Shown here piece after piece: positions 36,101 through 48,600 of a stretch of DNA of 64,000 bases. Source of the stretch: Sphaerodactylus townsendi (Eukaryota); assembly GCF_021028975.2 (NCBI RefSeq), contig NC_059436.1, forward strand, positions 31,806,001-31,870,000, read 5' to 3'. The stretch's first letter is position 1. Each line of letters starts with the position of its first letter. The position numbers and the translations under genes are program-made. The notes beneath the pieces were generated by a model that saw only the letters and a list, made by a program, of their open reading frames with translations, was not told the origin of the DNA and searched no databases.

Positions 36101-37955
36101 CTGAACATCTGGAGAGCCGCAGGTTCCCTACCCCTGGTAGTGGTTAAGAGCAGGTGGGTTTGATTCCCCACTCATACACCTGGCAGAGGCTTATCTGGTG
36201 AACCAGATGTGTTTCCACACTCCTACATTCTTGCTGGGTGACCTTGGGCTAGTCACAGTTCTTTGGAACTCTCTCAGCCCCACCTATTTCACAAGGTGTC
36301 TGCTGTGAGGAGAGGAAGGGAAAGGAGCTTGTAAGCCACCTTGAGTCTCCTTACAGGTGGGGAACAAATCCAAACTCTTCTTCTTCTTACTGGGTGATCT
36401 AGAGCAACTCAAGCTTTGCAGCGTTGTTGTGATGATAAAATGGAAGACTGGCATTTGCCAGCCTGAGCTCTTTGGAGGAAGGGTGGCAATTAAAATGTAG
36501 TAAAATAAAAATAAAATCACCCACTTCAAAACAGTCTAAGCTCACAGCCGGCAGGCAAGTTCTTACATGAGAAAAGCCCTGATTCTACATCCTTTATGGG
36601 GAGAGAAACATAGATACTTCTCAGCATTCTGCCCCCTTCCTCCAGAGACCAGGGCATTTCGAGATGTCATTCATTCAAGGTCTACAGAAAGCCAACTGAA
36701 TCCACATTATTTTTGGGTGTATAAACAAGATCCTCAGCCAGAAGGTGCCAAACAGGTTCAGAACCAGGTCAGTCACTTGAGCTGCAGCTGAAAGAACTGC
36801 CTGTCTTCAGTATAGAGTAAGAGAGAACTCAGGCAGGGTGCATAAGGGAACGATAATATTTAAGATGACACCAGGAAAAAAAAATTAAGTTCTTTGTATC
36901 AGATGAAAATTCAGGGCAAGACTAGATTTAACCAGAAGGGGGCAAGTTCAGGCTTGCTAATCCTTCAAACTCAGGGCTTTGTACCTCTTCTTTGGGGCAG
37001 GGCTGCCACTCCCTCGAGGTCAGCACCCAAACAGGGAGTTCGACTGCGGGCTGGGAGACCTTCGGTGTGAGTGTCCCAAAAGCAAAACGGCGCCACTGCG
37101 GAAGTCACAGCCAGACTCAAAGCAGTTGCTTAATGGCCCTAAGGCAGGAGTGCAAATCGCCAGGCCAGACTCACACCACAAAGGTAGCCCACAGCACGGG
37201 GCCACGAGTTTTTGCCACTCAAACGAGACGCCCAAGAAGGTCAGGAAACCTGGCGGTGCCCACGTCAGGGTCAAAGACAAATCCGGAAATTAGCGCCGCC
37301 AGAGCAGCGGAAATTTTTAAAGTTGATAACTTTTATAAAGTTGACTTTTTGCTAACCTCTGAGCTGCCCGGAGTCCTTGCAGCCGCCTTGGAGGAGTTAA
37401 AGTCAACTCTCACTCCAGAAGGCACCAAATAGGTCCAGAACAAGCTCAGCCAGCTGGAGTCAAAGGAACAGCGATCTAAGGAGTCTCTACCAGCCACGGG
37501 GGCTGCCTCCCCCTACCTTCCCGGGGATGGCTGCAGTCGCTCCGGAGCGGCTGTTCAACCCCGCAAGGCGCAGCCCTGTCTGTCCCCATTCAGAAGGGGC
37601 CGCAGCGCACCATCAGCTTCCTTACAGTAAAAAGTATATCGGAGCTGTCGGGGGGCTGAGAGGCCAGGCAAACAACAGCCTAGGGGGAGATACAGAGTTC
37701 GTGGCCTCCCCGGGAGTTCCCGGACTGGCGCTTACAGAAAAGTTCCCGGACCAAGCATGCGAGAAATCGGGGCAAACCTGCCCCTTCCGCGACCGCCCCC
37801 CTCCCGAGGGGGGCCATTGCAGCTGCAGCGTCCCAAAAGTGCTCGGCGCTTCCCAGCTGGCTTCAGGAGAGGCGCCCGGCGAGGCCAGGGCGCCCGGTGA
37901 GGTCCCTTGCCCGTCAAACTCACACCACGAGGCTGCAGAGGATCCGCGACACCAT
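27144..37955 (-). CDS. REEP4: Receptor expression-enhancing protein 4 (REEP/DP1/Yop1 ER-shaping family), about 265 aa, 8 exons
   Basis: Exons 37955-37924, 35471-35399, 34716-34640, 31875-31755, 31290-31177, 29034-28905, 27584-27394, 27203-27144 (TAG); 798 nt. Peptide includes [84 protein letters not shown]. Candidate polyA signal ATTAAA (minus) at 26304-26309. Confidence 0.95.
30063..30350 (-). mobile_element. tRNA-derived SINE (Squam3-like)
   Basis: Reverse complement of the family sequence, including GAAGAGTTTGGATTTATACCCC. Confidence 0.7.
30351..30900 (+). mobile_element. Old L2-type LINE 3' fragment
   Basis: Degenerate match to 47850-48490 (CATTGG...TTCAAGGT...CTGGTCCCGGCCTGGTG) with an A-rich tail. 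Confidence 0.6.
32300..33545 (-). mobile_element. 5'-truncated non-LTR retrotransposon (RTE-X-like): RT C-terminus plus Cys/His motif, frameshifted
   Basis: Peptides ...[22 protein letters not shown]...FKYLGITF... and [30 protein letters not shown]. Ends in AATAAA plus an (ATGT)n tail. 12-bp TSD ATGGACATTATA (32288-32299 and 33546-33557). Confidence 0.85.
35985..36388 (+). mobile_element. Squam3-like SINE with a palindromic MITE (36001-36136) inserted in its A-box
   Basis: TGGTGTAG|MITE|GTAGTGGTTAAGAGCAGG...; MITE TIR CAGGGGTAGGGAACC; CTT tail at about 36375-36388. Confidence 0.78.
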
Positions 37956-38750
37956 GGCCAGGCCCCCTCCGTCGGAGCCGGAGAAATCCCCCTTCGGATC
38001 GCGACTCTGGGTCGCCTCGACGGTTACTGTGGCTGCCGGGCGTTCCCTCTCCTCCCATTCGCCGCCTTTCCTCCCGCCCCTGGCGAATAGGCCAATCGGA
38101 GGAGGAGGCGGAATCCGGCTGGGTTTTAAAAAGTTGCTGCTGCTGCCGCTCAGCAGAGTTTAAGGCTGCTGCAAAGATCCTGGTGGGCAAAGTGCAGATC
38201 GCGTCTGCGCTGGGCATCTCTTGGGGTCGGTCTCCTGCACAGCCGCTGCGCTGAGGAGGATTGCGCATAAGGAAACTGAGCTGGCCTGGAGTTCGGGGCT
38301 GAGCACCCCTTGAGCCAGGTCTTCCTCACGAAGATGTGGAAAAAGGGAAATGATGCTCCGTGGACAGGGTTGGACTTGGATTAGAGGGCGACTCCGCCGG
38401 CGCCCCTCTTTAAATGCTACACGTGCCAACTTCCCACGACTGGTTCGACTGGCAAGTCTCGCATCTGCTTTTTTCTTTTCTCCTTGGTATGACGCGAAGA
38501 TCTTCCCCACCACCCATTGCCAAGCAGCTGCCTGTGTGTTGTGTGCTCGTCGGAACCCCGTGGCTATTGTGTTGTGATTTAAGGAGGCGAGCGGGCGTAG
38601 CCGGCTTGGCGTCTGTTGGGGCGTCGGGCTGAACCGTCGCAGAAGGGTCCAGGGATGCTCTTTGCCACGCCAGGATCACGATTAAAGCGAGCTAGGTAGT
38701 TTCGCAGCTCAGGTCGCTCTCGCCAGGCGTGTTAAGCAAAGGGACGGCCT
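37500..38750. promoter_or_regulatory. CpG island around the REEP4 first exon and promoter
   Basis: High CpG density around the ATG at 37955; CCAAT at 38092; GC-box-like elements. Confidence 0.65.
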
Positions 38751-40935
38751 TTTCTAACTCCAATGTATTTGGAGGGCGAGTCTGTTGGGTTCGTCCTTTT
38801 CAAGTTGCCAAGTGACAGCTGCAATAAAGTGACAAATGCACGTGTCTCAAGGCCTCCTTTTCCTTTCCTCGCCTATTCAAAAGTATCAGTATGGGGGGGG
38901 GGGCGCTACCCCTTAGAGTTTGTTCCAGTCTTGATAGAATCAACCTGTATGACACTGTATCACTATTAATATATATACATATATTCATATATAATCACAC
39001 TGTATCACTATTTATATAATCAACCTGTATCACTATGCAATATATCATCTGATCCACATATTCCCAGAGAAGTCTGAAAGTTCTTGCAAAAAAATACAAA
39101 AACAAAATCGACTTCAGAATGCTACAAAGATAAAAGATAAGCTAATACAAATAGCAAATAATCAGTTTGGTAGATGTCTTCTGGCAGAACAGACGTACAT
39201 ACTCTTTGACAGGGATCTCCAACATGGGCACCGTAGTACCTGCCAAGTGCTTTTAGAAAGTAGAAGCAGCTAAGTAGGCAGTTTGACTGTGCAGCTTAAA
39301 AGCCACCCTCTTAAACAGAGCTTCTGCTTGAAATGTTGAAGACTTATGAGAGTTATATCTAACCCATCTCCATGATATTTTGTGGTTGGCTCTACTTCCC
39401 AGTTCAGTCGTTTTGTGATTGTGCCCAACCGCCCTATAGCAGAATTCCAAAAATGTCCACAGGCTTGAAAAGGTTGGGGATCTCTGCTCTATTAAATTAG
39501 TGGAAGGAAGGCGCTATCCACCCTTCTTCCAGAAAGCTGTCAAAGAGTGTAAGAATAAAGGGCAGGAGAAGGAAGCCATTACAGCAGCCAAATCCACTTG
39601 GCAGATCACTGGAGCCACCAGAAGAGATTTGCTGGTTGGTCTAGATTGGCAAGTGTGTGTGGTTAAGGCATGTTTAAGAGTACCCCACCCTTCTACTCAA
39701 GGCAACTTACAAAAATTAAAACATCGAAATGCAAAATAAAATAGTCACAGCATCAATAGTATTCTACTATAGTATTCTACCAATATAAACGCAGCAAAAC
39801 AAACTAATCAGGAAGAAACAACAGATCACCAATAAAAGTCAGTAAAACTAAAAAAAAACACAGAAAATTTTAAAATATATGTATCCAAGAAAGCACTCAA
39901 TCAAACTAGAGTTCAAACTTATTCCTTTACCAATGGATTTCCTTGAAAGCACGGTCTTCACCATCCTGTGGAATGAGAAAGCTGAGGAAGCTTCTTGTGA
40001 CAGGGAGTTCCAAAGTTTGGAAAGTATAAATAATAATTAAAAAATCCTTTCCCACATCTTCCACCAAGTGCAACTTGTAGTCTGCAGCAAATCCTCTCTC
40101 GGGGTGTGTGTGTGTGTGTGTGTGTATAAAGCCAAGGGCAGGTTTGGGAAAAAAGAGCAATGTCATGTTCTTTGGGTAATTCCTCAATATCAGAAGCAAC
40201 AGAAGGTGATTTTATCAAATACTAGTCCTAGAAATGGTTCTGAATTCAAGGGTCCTGGAAATGTGAAGTAATAAGGAAGCATCACCAAGCATTTTGTATT
40301 CAGCCAAGTCATTGGACAACCCTGAGAGGTTGCACCCTTTTCTTTCCTGTAAGAATGCCCCAGTAAAGAACATCAAGATCCTGGCATAGGATGGAGGACT
40401 AAAAAATGCAGAGTTTGCTTTCCCACTCCAGAAAGAACGCAACCTTTTTAATAATTTCAAATAGAGGCCCCTTCTGTCTTTCTTCTCCACTCTCCATATA
40501 CTGTAGATCTGTGGGCAAACCCTGTGTCCAGAAGAAAAGCAATTTGACATGTCTGTGCTGTGTATGTATGCATAGTTTGAACTTCACAGCCATTTTAGAG
40601 CATGGAGAAGAAAAGACCCATTTTCCTCTCATTTTTTTTTCTGCCAATAGTCCTAGAACACTCATCAAGGATGACCTCCCAAACCACTCAGAGGAAATGA
40701 ATGACTCTATTCAGGTTCTATTTACTCAGTTATGCAAGCCCATTTCAAGAGTCCCACTCAGCTGAATGAGAGGGAAGCCAAGTGCATAAATATACACTCC
40801 TGGAGAGAAGAAAAGGCACACCTGGTCACCCTCCATCTAGTCTCCCCATCACGTGTCTCTGCATCTGATGCTCTGCCACCATTTGGATAAAGGGAAGTAA
40901 TCATTAACCAAGTTAACAAGTCATCTGGCACCTTA

Positions 40936-41075
40936 GGCCCCTTCCGCACACGCAAAATAATGCGTTTTCAAACCACTTTCACAACTGTTTGCAAGAGGAT
41001 TTTGCCATTCTGCACAGCTTCAAAGAGCACTGAAAGCAGTTTGAAAGTGCTTTATTCTGCATGTGCGAATGAGCC
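40936..41075. mobile_element. Harbinger/PIF-like MITE
   Basis: TIR GGCCCCTTCCGCACA...TGTGCGAATGAGCC flanked by a TTA TSD on both sides. Confidence 0.78.
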
Positions 41076-41577
41076 TTAGAAACTAATTATAATTACTCCA
41101 CCTATCCTTAAATTTGCTCCCTTGGATGAAAAAGGAACTAGTTATGGTCTGAAGTTCAACCAGCAAGGATTAGTCAGCAACTGAATGGGAAACCACTGGA
41201 AAACCCAACCCTAAACAAAAAAAGAAAACAAAATGAAGAACCTGTGGTTGAATTTTTTAAGGGAATTTCAGCCTCAGTCTTCCATCTGAAATATGGGAAT
41301 TATAATCCTGATTCAACAGGGATGCTAAGGACTACTGAGACTGTGTGTCTAAGCAATCAAAAAAATGCTGTATAAATGCAAACTATTTATAAATGATGGA
41401 CATTCTTTGGTGACAACTCTCCTTGAGATGGAGGAGCCCAAAGCTGATGCAATCCCAGGAGACCACAAATATACACAGAACTGTGAGAGGAGGAAGACAG
41501 AGGAGGAGGAATTGGTGAGAGAGGATGGATATCACTGAAAAGCATGTAAATTGCAGAAAGAGGGGGGACTAATGGAG

Positions 41578-41870
41578 GAGCAGCAGTGACGTAGTGGTTA
41601 AGCGCAGGTGTACTCTAATCTGGAGGAACAGGGTTTGATTCCCTGCCCTGCCGCCTGAGCTGTGGAGGCTTCTCTGGGGAATTCAGATTAGCCTGTGCAC
41701 TCCAACGCACGCCAGCTGGGTGACCGTGGGCTAGTCACAGTTCTTCGGAGCTCTCTCAGCCCCACCTACCTCACAGGGTGTTTGTTGTGAGGGGGGAAAG
41801 GAAAGGAGTTTGTAAGCCCCTTTGAGTCTCCTATAGGAGAGAAAGGGAGGATATAAATCCAACTCTTCTT
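41578..41870 (+). mobile_element. Full-length tRNA-derived SINE (Squam3-like)
   Basis: A-box GTGACGTAGTGG, B-box-like GGTTTGATTCC, CORE-like GGGTGACCGTGGGCTAGTCAC, tail AAATCCAACTCTTCTT. Confidence 0.85.
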
Positions 41871-42246
41871 CCAATGGCTTGGGGAGTTATACATCCTGCT
41901 CCGCACAACAATCAAGTGGGGAAATTATAGATACTTTTCCAAGAAAAAAAAAAAGACTGGGTAAAGCAGTTGAGAGATGGATGGAGAGACAGGGAGTTCT
42001 CAGCTGGATGAATTCCCCAGAACTGATATGGCTACAAGGGTAATCTGTGATTTGCATCTGAGGAGCACAATTATTTAGCCATTTTCAAACTTAAAGATCA
42101 CACCCATCTTCCCTACCCTATACCTTAGAATCTAGTGGTTGCTCCCCAGCCCCAAGACATGGGGAACAGGGAGTGGCCACTTTCCCGAGTAGAAGACAGT
42201 CTCAAAGTCTGATATGATGGAAAACTCCAGGAACATGAGAACAAAA

Positions 42247-42515
42247 AGAGTTTGGATTTATACCCCATCTTTCTCTCCTGTAAGGAGATTCAAGGTGGTT
42301 TACAAGTTCCTTTCCCTTCCTCTCCCCACAACAGACCCCTTGTGAGGTAGGTGGGACTGAGAGAGCTCCGAAGAACTGTGACTAGCCCAAGGTCACCGAA
42401 CAGGAATGCAAGAGTGTGGAAACACAGATAAGCCTCTGTCACTCAGGTAGAGGAATAGGGAATCAAACCCGTTTCTCCAGATTAGAATCCACCTGCTCTT
42501 AACCACTACACCATG
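42247..42515 (-). mobile_element. Squam3-like SINE about 90 bp upstream of the SFTPB TATA box
   Basis: Reverse complement of the family sequence. Confidence 0.8.
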
Positions 42516-42539
42516 AGGCCTCTCCCTGGGAGGGATTTC

Positions 42540-42649
42540 ATCTTTATTGGCTGGGCCCAGTGGTTCTGCACTTTCCATGCCAGCCCCTCCTTCTCCAACA
42601 GTATTATAAAAGGAATACCTTCCTGAACACTTTGGTATGAAAGGACAGC
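42540..42649 (+). promoter_or_regulatory. SFTPB core promoter (TATA box, reverse CCAAT)
   Basis: TATAAAAG at 42605, 45 nt before the signal-peptide ATG at 42650; ATTGG at 42546. Confidence 0.65.
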
Positions 42650-45600
42650 ATGGCCATGTTGCAACTGCTACTGCTCAGTTTGCTCTGTGGGGGCTCAGGT
42701 AAGTCCCACTGGCTGAGGACATGGGGAGGAATATCCACCTCCGGGTTCCAAACCTAACCCCAAGGTGACCTGGTCAGAACAAATACAGATGATCTCTTTC
42801 CAGATGGCAACTTACTATGGGAAGACATGTCATTGCTTAGTGATTGTTCATCTATATATTGTACTGTATTGTGTCACACTGGGTCATTCGTTACCCCAGT
42901 GAGAAATCTGGAAAGGCTGAGGAATGAAAACATTCCACTCACCACTTGGCAGGAATGTATTTAAGTTTTTAAGTATGTATTTAAGTTTTTTTTAAATTTA
43001 TTACTGCATTTGATTAGCTTTTATTTATTGGCAGTTGTAAGTGTGGTTTGAAGTTATATATTTTTATAATCATTTCTGAATGCCTTATAAGCCACTTGGA
43101 GTTCCAGAAGGTAGAAAGAGGGCTAATAAAGTTTTAATGAATAAGTAAAAGTATTGCTGGGTCCTGTAAGGGAGATGACTTTGTCAACCATTGTTATTGT
43201 TGGTCATTCCCATTATTAGACCCATTAGCGCAGTGATGGCGAACCTTTTTGAGATTGAGTGCCCAAACTGCAACCCAAAACCCACTTATTTATTGCAAAG
43301 TGCCAACACGGCAATTTAACCTGAATACTGAGGTTTTAGTTTAGAAAAAACAGTTGGCTCCGAGGCGTGCGTTACTCAGGAGTAAGCTTGGTGGCAGTCG
43401 GTGGCTTTGCTTTGAAGCAACCGTGCATCTTTTCCAACTGGTGAATCACGATCCTAGGAGGATTTACTCAGAAGCAAGCCCCACTGCCAGCAACTGAGCT
43501 TATTCCCAGGTAAAGGATTGCGCTTTTGTTCTTTGCATGAAAATCAGTGGGTTTAACAGTGCTTAACTGCTTCTTCAAAACTTGGTCTTAGGTTTAATGC
43601 TAATAATCAAGCCCAGAGGTGCAGGCCAGCCTAGATGTGGAGTGGGGCACTCTGTTTGCGCGTGCCCACAAAGAGGGCTCTGAGTGCCACCTCTGGCACC
43701 GGTGCCATAGGTTTACCACCACTGCATTAGCGTATCAAGAGCAACAACCTTGCAAGGAGAGGTTGTTATCTCCAGAAGCTGCCTAAAGCTTGAGAGTGCA
43801 TGAAAAGAGGAATGGCCAAGTCAAAAGGGATGAATGGAAGCAAATGTGCCCATATATCCTGGGAAAAAAAGCAAGAGTCATGTCTGAACAGTCAGCCCCC
43901 ACTTCACAGAGCTCCCAGTTCTGCTGTCAATGTCTTATACATAGGATGATATTAGCAAATTTAGTAAAACGTGAGTTGTGTACAGATAGGGGAGAGTGGG
44001 TTGGAGGCTTGTAGACTGCAGAGAATCCTCTCTCGGTGTGTGTATGTGTGTTTCTACATGCACAAAAAGGCCAGGAATCTAGCATCAGGCAATGGGTGGA
44101 TTTTACCCTCCTTCCCGCATGGACCCTAAGTACAGTACTTTCCCCCATTGAAATTAATGGCAACATGAGAAATTTGGTGGGGGAAGGGTGATCAGAAGAA
44201 CTGCTGGGGTGGAGATAAAAAACCTGCCCCTGGGCTGGCAACACTCAATAAAACTAGCTAGTGAGAATAAAAACATTGCCTTATCCTCTGCTGGAGGAGA
44301 CTGGACCAGAATGCTGGGGATGGGCTTAGATGGAGTGATTTGTAAACAGAATGTTATACAAGGTGAACAGCAGCAGAAACTCCAATTGGTTAGAAGGACA
44401 GCATTTTCTCAAGGTTGAATGGTAATATTCAAGATAGTCACACTTCACCAGCTTCTATAAAGAGAAAAACTGCAGATTCAACACATATATATCACTGCAC
44501 TCTGGCTCATCTTTCTTTAGACAATATCCTATAATGTCTAGTCTAGAAAGTGCTGGATCACAGGGCTGCAACCTTAGTATCTTCTGTGACTCATCATGAG
44601 AGAAAAATGTCTCGGCCGGGTGTTTTGTGGGTTTGCGTTACCCTTTTTAGGAACAACGAAGAACTTGAAACCTGCTGTTTTCCAACAGCAGCCTCTCTTG
44701 CTCTCACCACAAGCCAAGCCTAGCTGAGCAAACAGCATGAATGGGAACACTGAATCATGTCCACATACTCCATGTCCACATCGTCAGGAGAGGGAGAGCC
44801 AAGGGAAACCTGAGCTGAGCTGCAAACATGGAAAACTTCTCAAGTGGATCAGTTCCTTTTCCTAGTATGAGACTCTTTACCTCTTAAAAGTGTTGCAAAC
44901 AAAGTGACGTAAACAGACCTGAGGGTATCAAGGGTTCATGTGCACAGGACCTGATTAGCATTAGCACTGTTATTCTTATGACACTTTCTAAGGTACACGT
45001 AACCTCCAACTTTTGGCCCAGCTATTCTCTCTCAGCCTAACCTGTTTCTCAGAGTTATCATGTGGCTAAAACGGGAATAACAATGTTGTAAGCTGCTTTG
45101 GGTCTCCAGTGGGGACAAAAGTAGCATATGAGTATCTAAAAACAAGTCTTTATCCTGTGCGTGTGGGTGTAGCTATAAGACACTGGCTGACCTCTGACCA
45201 ACCAGGGAGCTTCACACATGAAAAGCTGCTGAGTTCCATGTCCAAACCCAGCACTTCATCTATGGCTTGGTCAGTAGTTCTGTTGTCTTTACCCAAACTG
45301 GCTTAAGGTCACTTTCTGCTTCCTTCCCTGGTATTTTGTCACAGGCTGACTATGTCTGCTGTCTTTCTGAGTAGAGTCTTCTACTCTTTGGTCACTTCTG
45401 GTACTTGCTTTGAACTCCACTCGATGATCAGCTAACAGTTACCTTTTATTTATTATCCTTCAGTGTTTTGTTTGGTACTTTTTTATCCTGCTGTTCTCCA
45501 AGGGCTTCAGGGTGACGTTGTATATCATTCTCTGTATCATTGTTATCACTGCCACTCTGGGAGGAAAGTTAGGTTGAGAGAAAGTGAAGGGCCGAAGGTG

Positions 45601-48600
45601 ATCCTCATCCCCAGCAAGCTTCATAGCAGGGCAGGGATTTGAATCTGGCTTACTCAGATCCTCCTAGTCCACCACCTTGCCCACTACAGCCGGCTGGGTT
45701 GTATTTAAATAGTTATATCACACCTTTCAAACAAACAATGTCTAATTCAAGAGCCTGGACTTCCATAGAAATGAGTCTGGATAATCTCTTGGCAGTCAGC
45801 AGCAAATAGAGGCATTAGCGCAGTAGTTCTCAAACAGTGCTCTGGGGAGCACTTGGTGCTCTGCAAAGCATCTCCGAGTGCTCCGCAAAGAGACTGGAAT
45901 ACATGTGACAAGATCTCAAAATTGTGAATTTGTGCGGCCATGGACTGTGTATGATGCTTAACACGGGCAAATGCTTAAAAGTACTTTCCATAGACAATGC
46001 TGTTGTCCTTCAGTTTAGTACCTACGTAGGTGCTAAGTAAACAGCCAAGAAGAATGCATGACGATAGTGCTCCTCCATGACGAACTTCTCTCCTGAAAAG
46101 TACTCCAAGACTCAAAAAGTGTGAGAATATTTGGACAAGAGCAATGAGCAATTAAAAAAATTCCCCAACGTTTTGGTGTTCCTGCTGATGTTGATACTAC
46201 ACTTATGGGGTTCATAATGGGCACTGATGAAACACTTTTCTGGGAACTGGGCTACCAATCTGTGACTTTTACTACTGCAAAGGAGGGGTTAAGTAAAACT
46301 GTAGGTCTTCTGAACAAGCCCCATAAGAGGGTATTGTGAAAGAGTGAAGCTGTGCTCATGCATGACCTCTCCTTCATTTCAATGGGTTCTGTGATTCAGA
46401 ACTTCCTGGTTTATTATTCCCATTGTATTTCCCAACCCAAAGAATAAAGAAATCTCTTTTTCAATGTCTGTGGGACACAGAAAGAACAGAAACTGGACTC
46501 CACCAAGGACAGGACTGAGTGACAAGAAGACCTTTCTCCATCATGAAAAGAGAATTGTGCTGGGAGAGAATTGTGGCAAAATCCTCACTCAGCCTGAAGA
46601 TCACTAGATGATCCTCAATTTATCACTGACACACTCTCTCTGTTAGCCAGCCTACCCCATAAGGCTGTTGTGAAGATAAAATGAAGGAGAGGAAGCCCAT
46701 GTATGTGAACTGGAACTCATTGAAGGGTACTATTTAAGTAGCTATGGTTACTTGGACTGTGATTTTATTTTTTGCTTGGAAAGTTAAATTTCATTTTTTA
46801 ATCCAAATCAGTGTATAAAATTTATATATTTTTTCAAATAATATCAAATAAAATAATGCATATGGTCTCAAAGAACCAGCAAAATTTATGTCCCAATGTT
46901 CAATAAACAACATCCAGTTTTTCACAAACATATTTGATCTTGAGGTGTTGTGTGGTTTTCGGGCTGTATGGCCGTGTTCTAGCAGCATTTTCTTCTGTTT
47001 CGACTGCATCTGTGGCTGGCATCTTCAGAGGATCCTCTGAAGATGCCAGCCACAGTGCAGGTGAAACATCAGGAGAAAATGCTGCTAGAACACGGCCATA
47101 CAGCCCGGAAATCATACAACCCCCCAGTGATTCCGGCCGTGAAAGTCTTTGACAATACATATTTGATCTTCTTTCTCTTTTGTAACAAGTTAATTTAGTT
47201 AGAACAGGTCAGGCTAATGTCTGTATTCTCTTGCATCAATCCAGAAGTGCATCCATTATTATAAAATTTTGCATACATGCGTGCTATATCTTTGTATGGT
47301 TTCTGTTTATAGAAACAGCCAGTCAAATGCAATGGCCTTCGGGGCTAATTTCATCTGACTGGGTGGACCCAGGAGATTGTTAATGCTTCTTTACAAGATG
47401 GGTGCTGCCTACTGCCTTGAAAGAGAAAGTGTTAAGACCACTCCCTAAACCTCACCCTAACTGAATTCAGGAGCCACGTGGTGTAGTGGTTAAGTGCTTG
47501 CACTGCCACTCACATGGTCAGGAGTTCAAGCCCCCTGTGGGTCAGATATCCTGGCAGCTGGCACATGATCAACTCAGCCATCCATCCATTTCTTGATTGG
47601 TAAACATCAGGAGAAAATGCTTTTTTCCACCTTCGTCAGGCCCGGCGACTGGCCCCCTTCCTCTCCAAAGCGGATCTAGCCTCTGTGATCCATGCAACGG
47701 TCATCTCCAGATTAGACTATTGTAACTCGCTCTACGCGGGCCTTCCCTTGCGTTTGACCCGGCGATTAAAACTGGTTCACCATGCAGCAGCACGTCTGCT
47801 CACAGGCAGCGGCTTTCGAGAACACATTCAGCCTGTGCTGCGGCAGCTGCATTGGCTTCCAGTAGAGTTCCGGATCATATTCAAGGTGTTGGTGCTGACC
47901 TTTAAGGCCATTCGCGGCCTGGGGCCATCGTATCTTCGAGACCGCATCACCCCATACGTCCCTACGCGGCCTCTCCGATCGGCGGAGGCCAATCTACTGA
48001 TGGTCCCTGGCCCCTCGGCAATGCGGCTGGCCTCCACACGGGCCAGGACCTTTACAGCCCTGGCCCCGGCCTGGTGGAACGCTCTTCCACCAGCTGTCCG
48101 GGCCCTCTGCGGACCTTTGGGGAGTTCCGCAGGGCCTGTAAGACGGAGCTGTTCCGCCGGGCCTTTGGAGGAACCAGCCGCTAATAGTGCCCCTTCCTTG
48201 GCCCTTAACATCTGGGCCGCTAACCACCTAATGAGACTCGCCATGCCTCCCTTTACCGCGGGGAGGGAGGGACTTTATATTTTCGGAACGCTGGACGCCA
48301 CCTACATCTTGAATTTAAATTTAAATCTGAACTTGAGTTTTATACTTGGTAATTATATTGGGAAATTTTATCGCTGCTTTTAAATGTTTATTTAATTATA
48401 TTGCGTTTTAAATGTTGTACACCGCCCAGAGCCCTTCGGGGATAGGGCGGTATAAAAATCTAATAAAATAAATAAAATAAATAAAATAAATAAATGAGTA
48501 GGGGGTAAAGAATAGCCGGGGAAAGCAATGGCAAACTACCCCACAAAAGAGGCTCGCCTATGAAATCACTGCTTGCAGTGGTACCCCAGGGTTGGACACG

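Noticed and set aside
36979-38679. Cluster of long overlapping ORFs around REEP4 exon 1
   Set aside because: Expected stop-codon depletion in a CpG island. No family resemblance, including to the HR upstream ORF peptide.
41578-41660. tRNA-like A/B boxes here and at 47470, 58533 and other sites
   Set aside because: These are SINE heads, not tRNA genes; there is no cloverleaf and they continue into the SINE body.
47685-48383. 232-aa ORF as a host gene
   Set aside because: It is the C-terminus of L2 ORF2 running into the element's 3' UTR.
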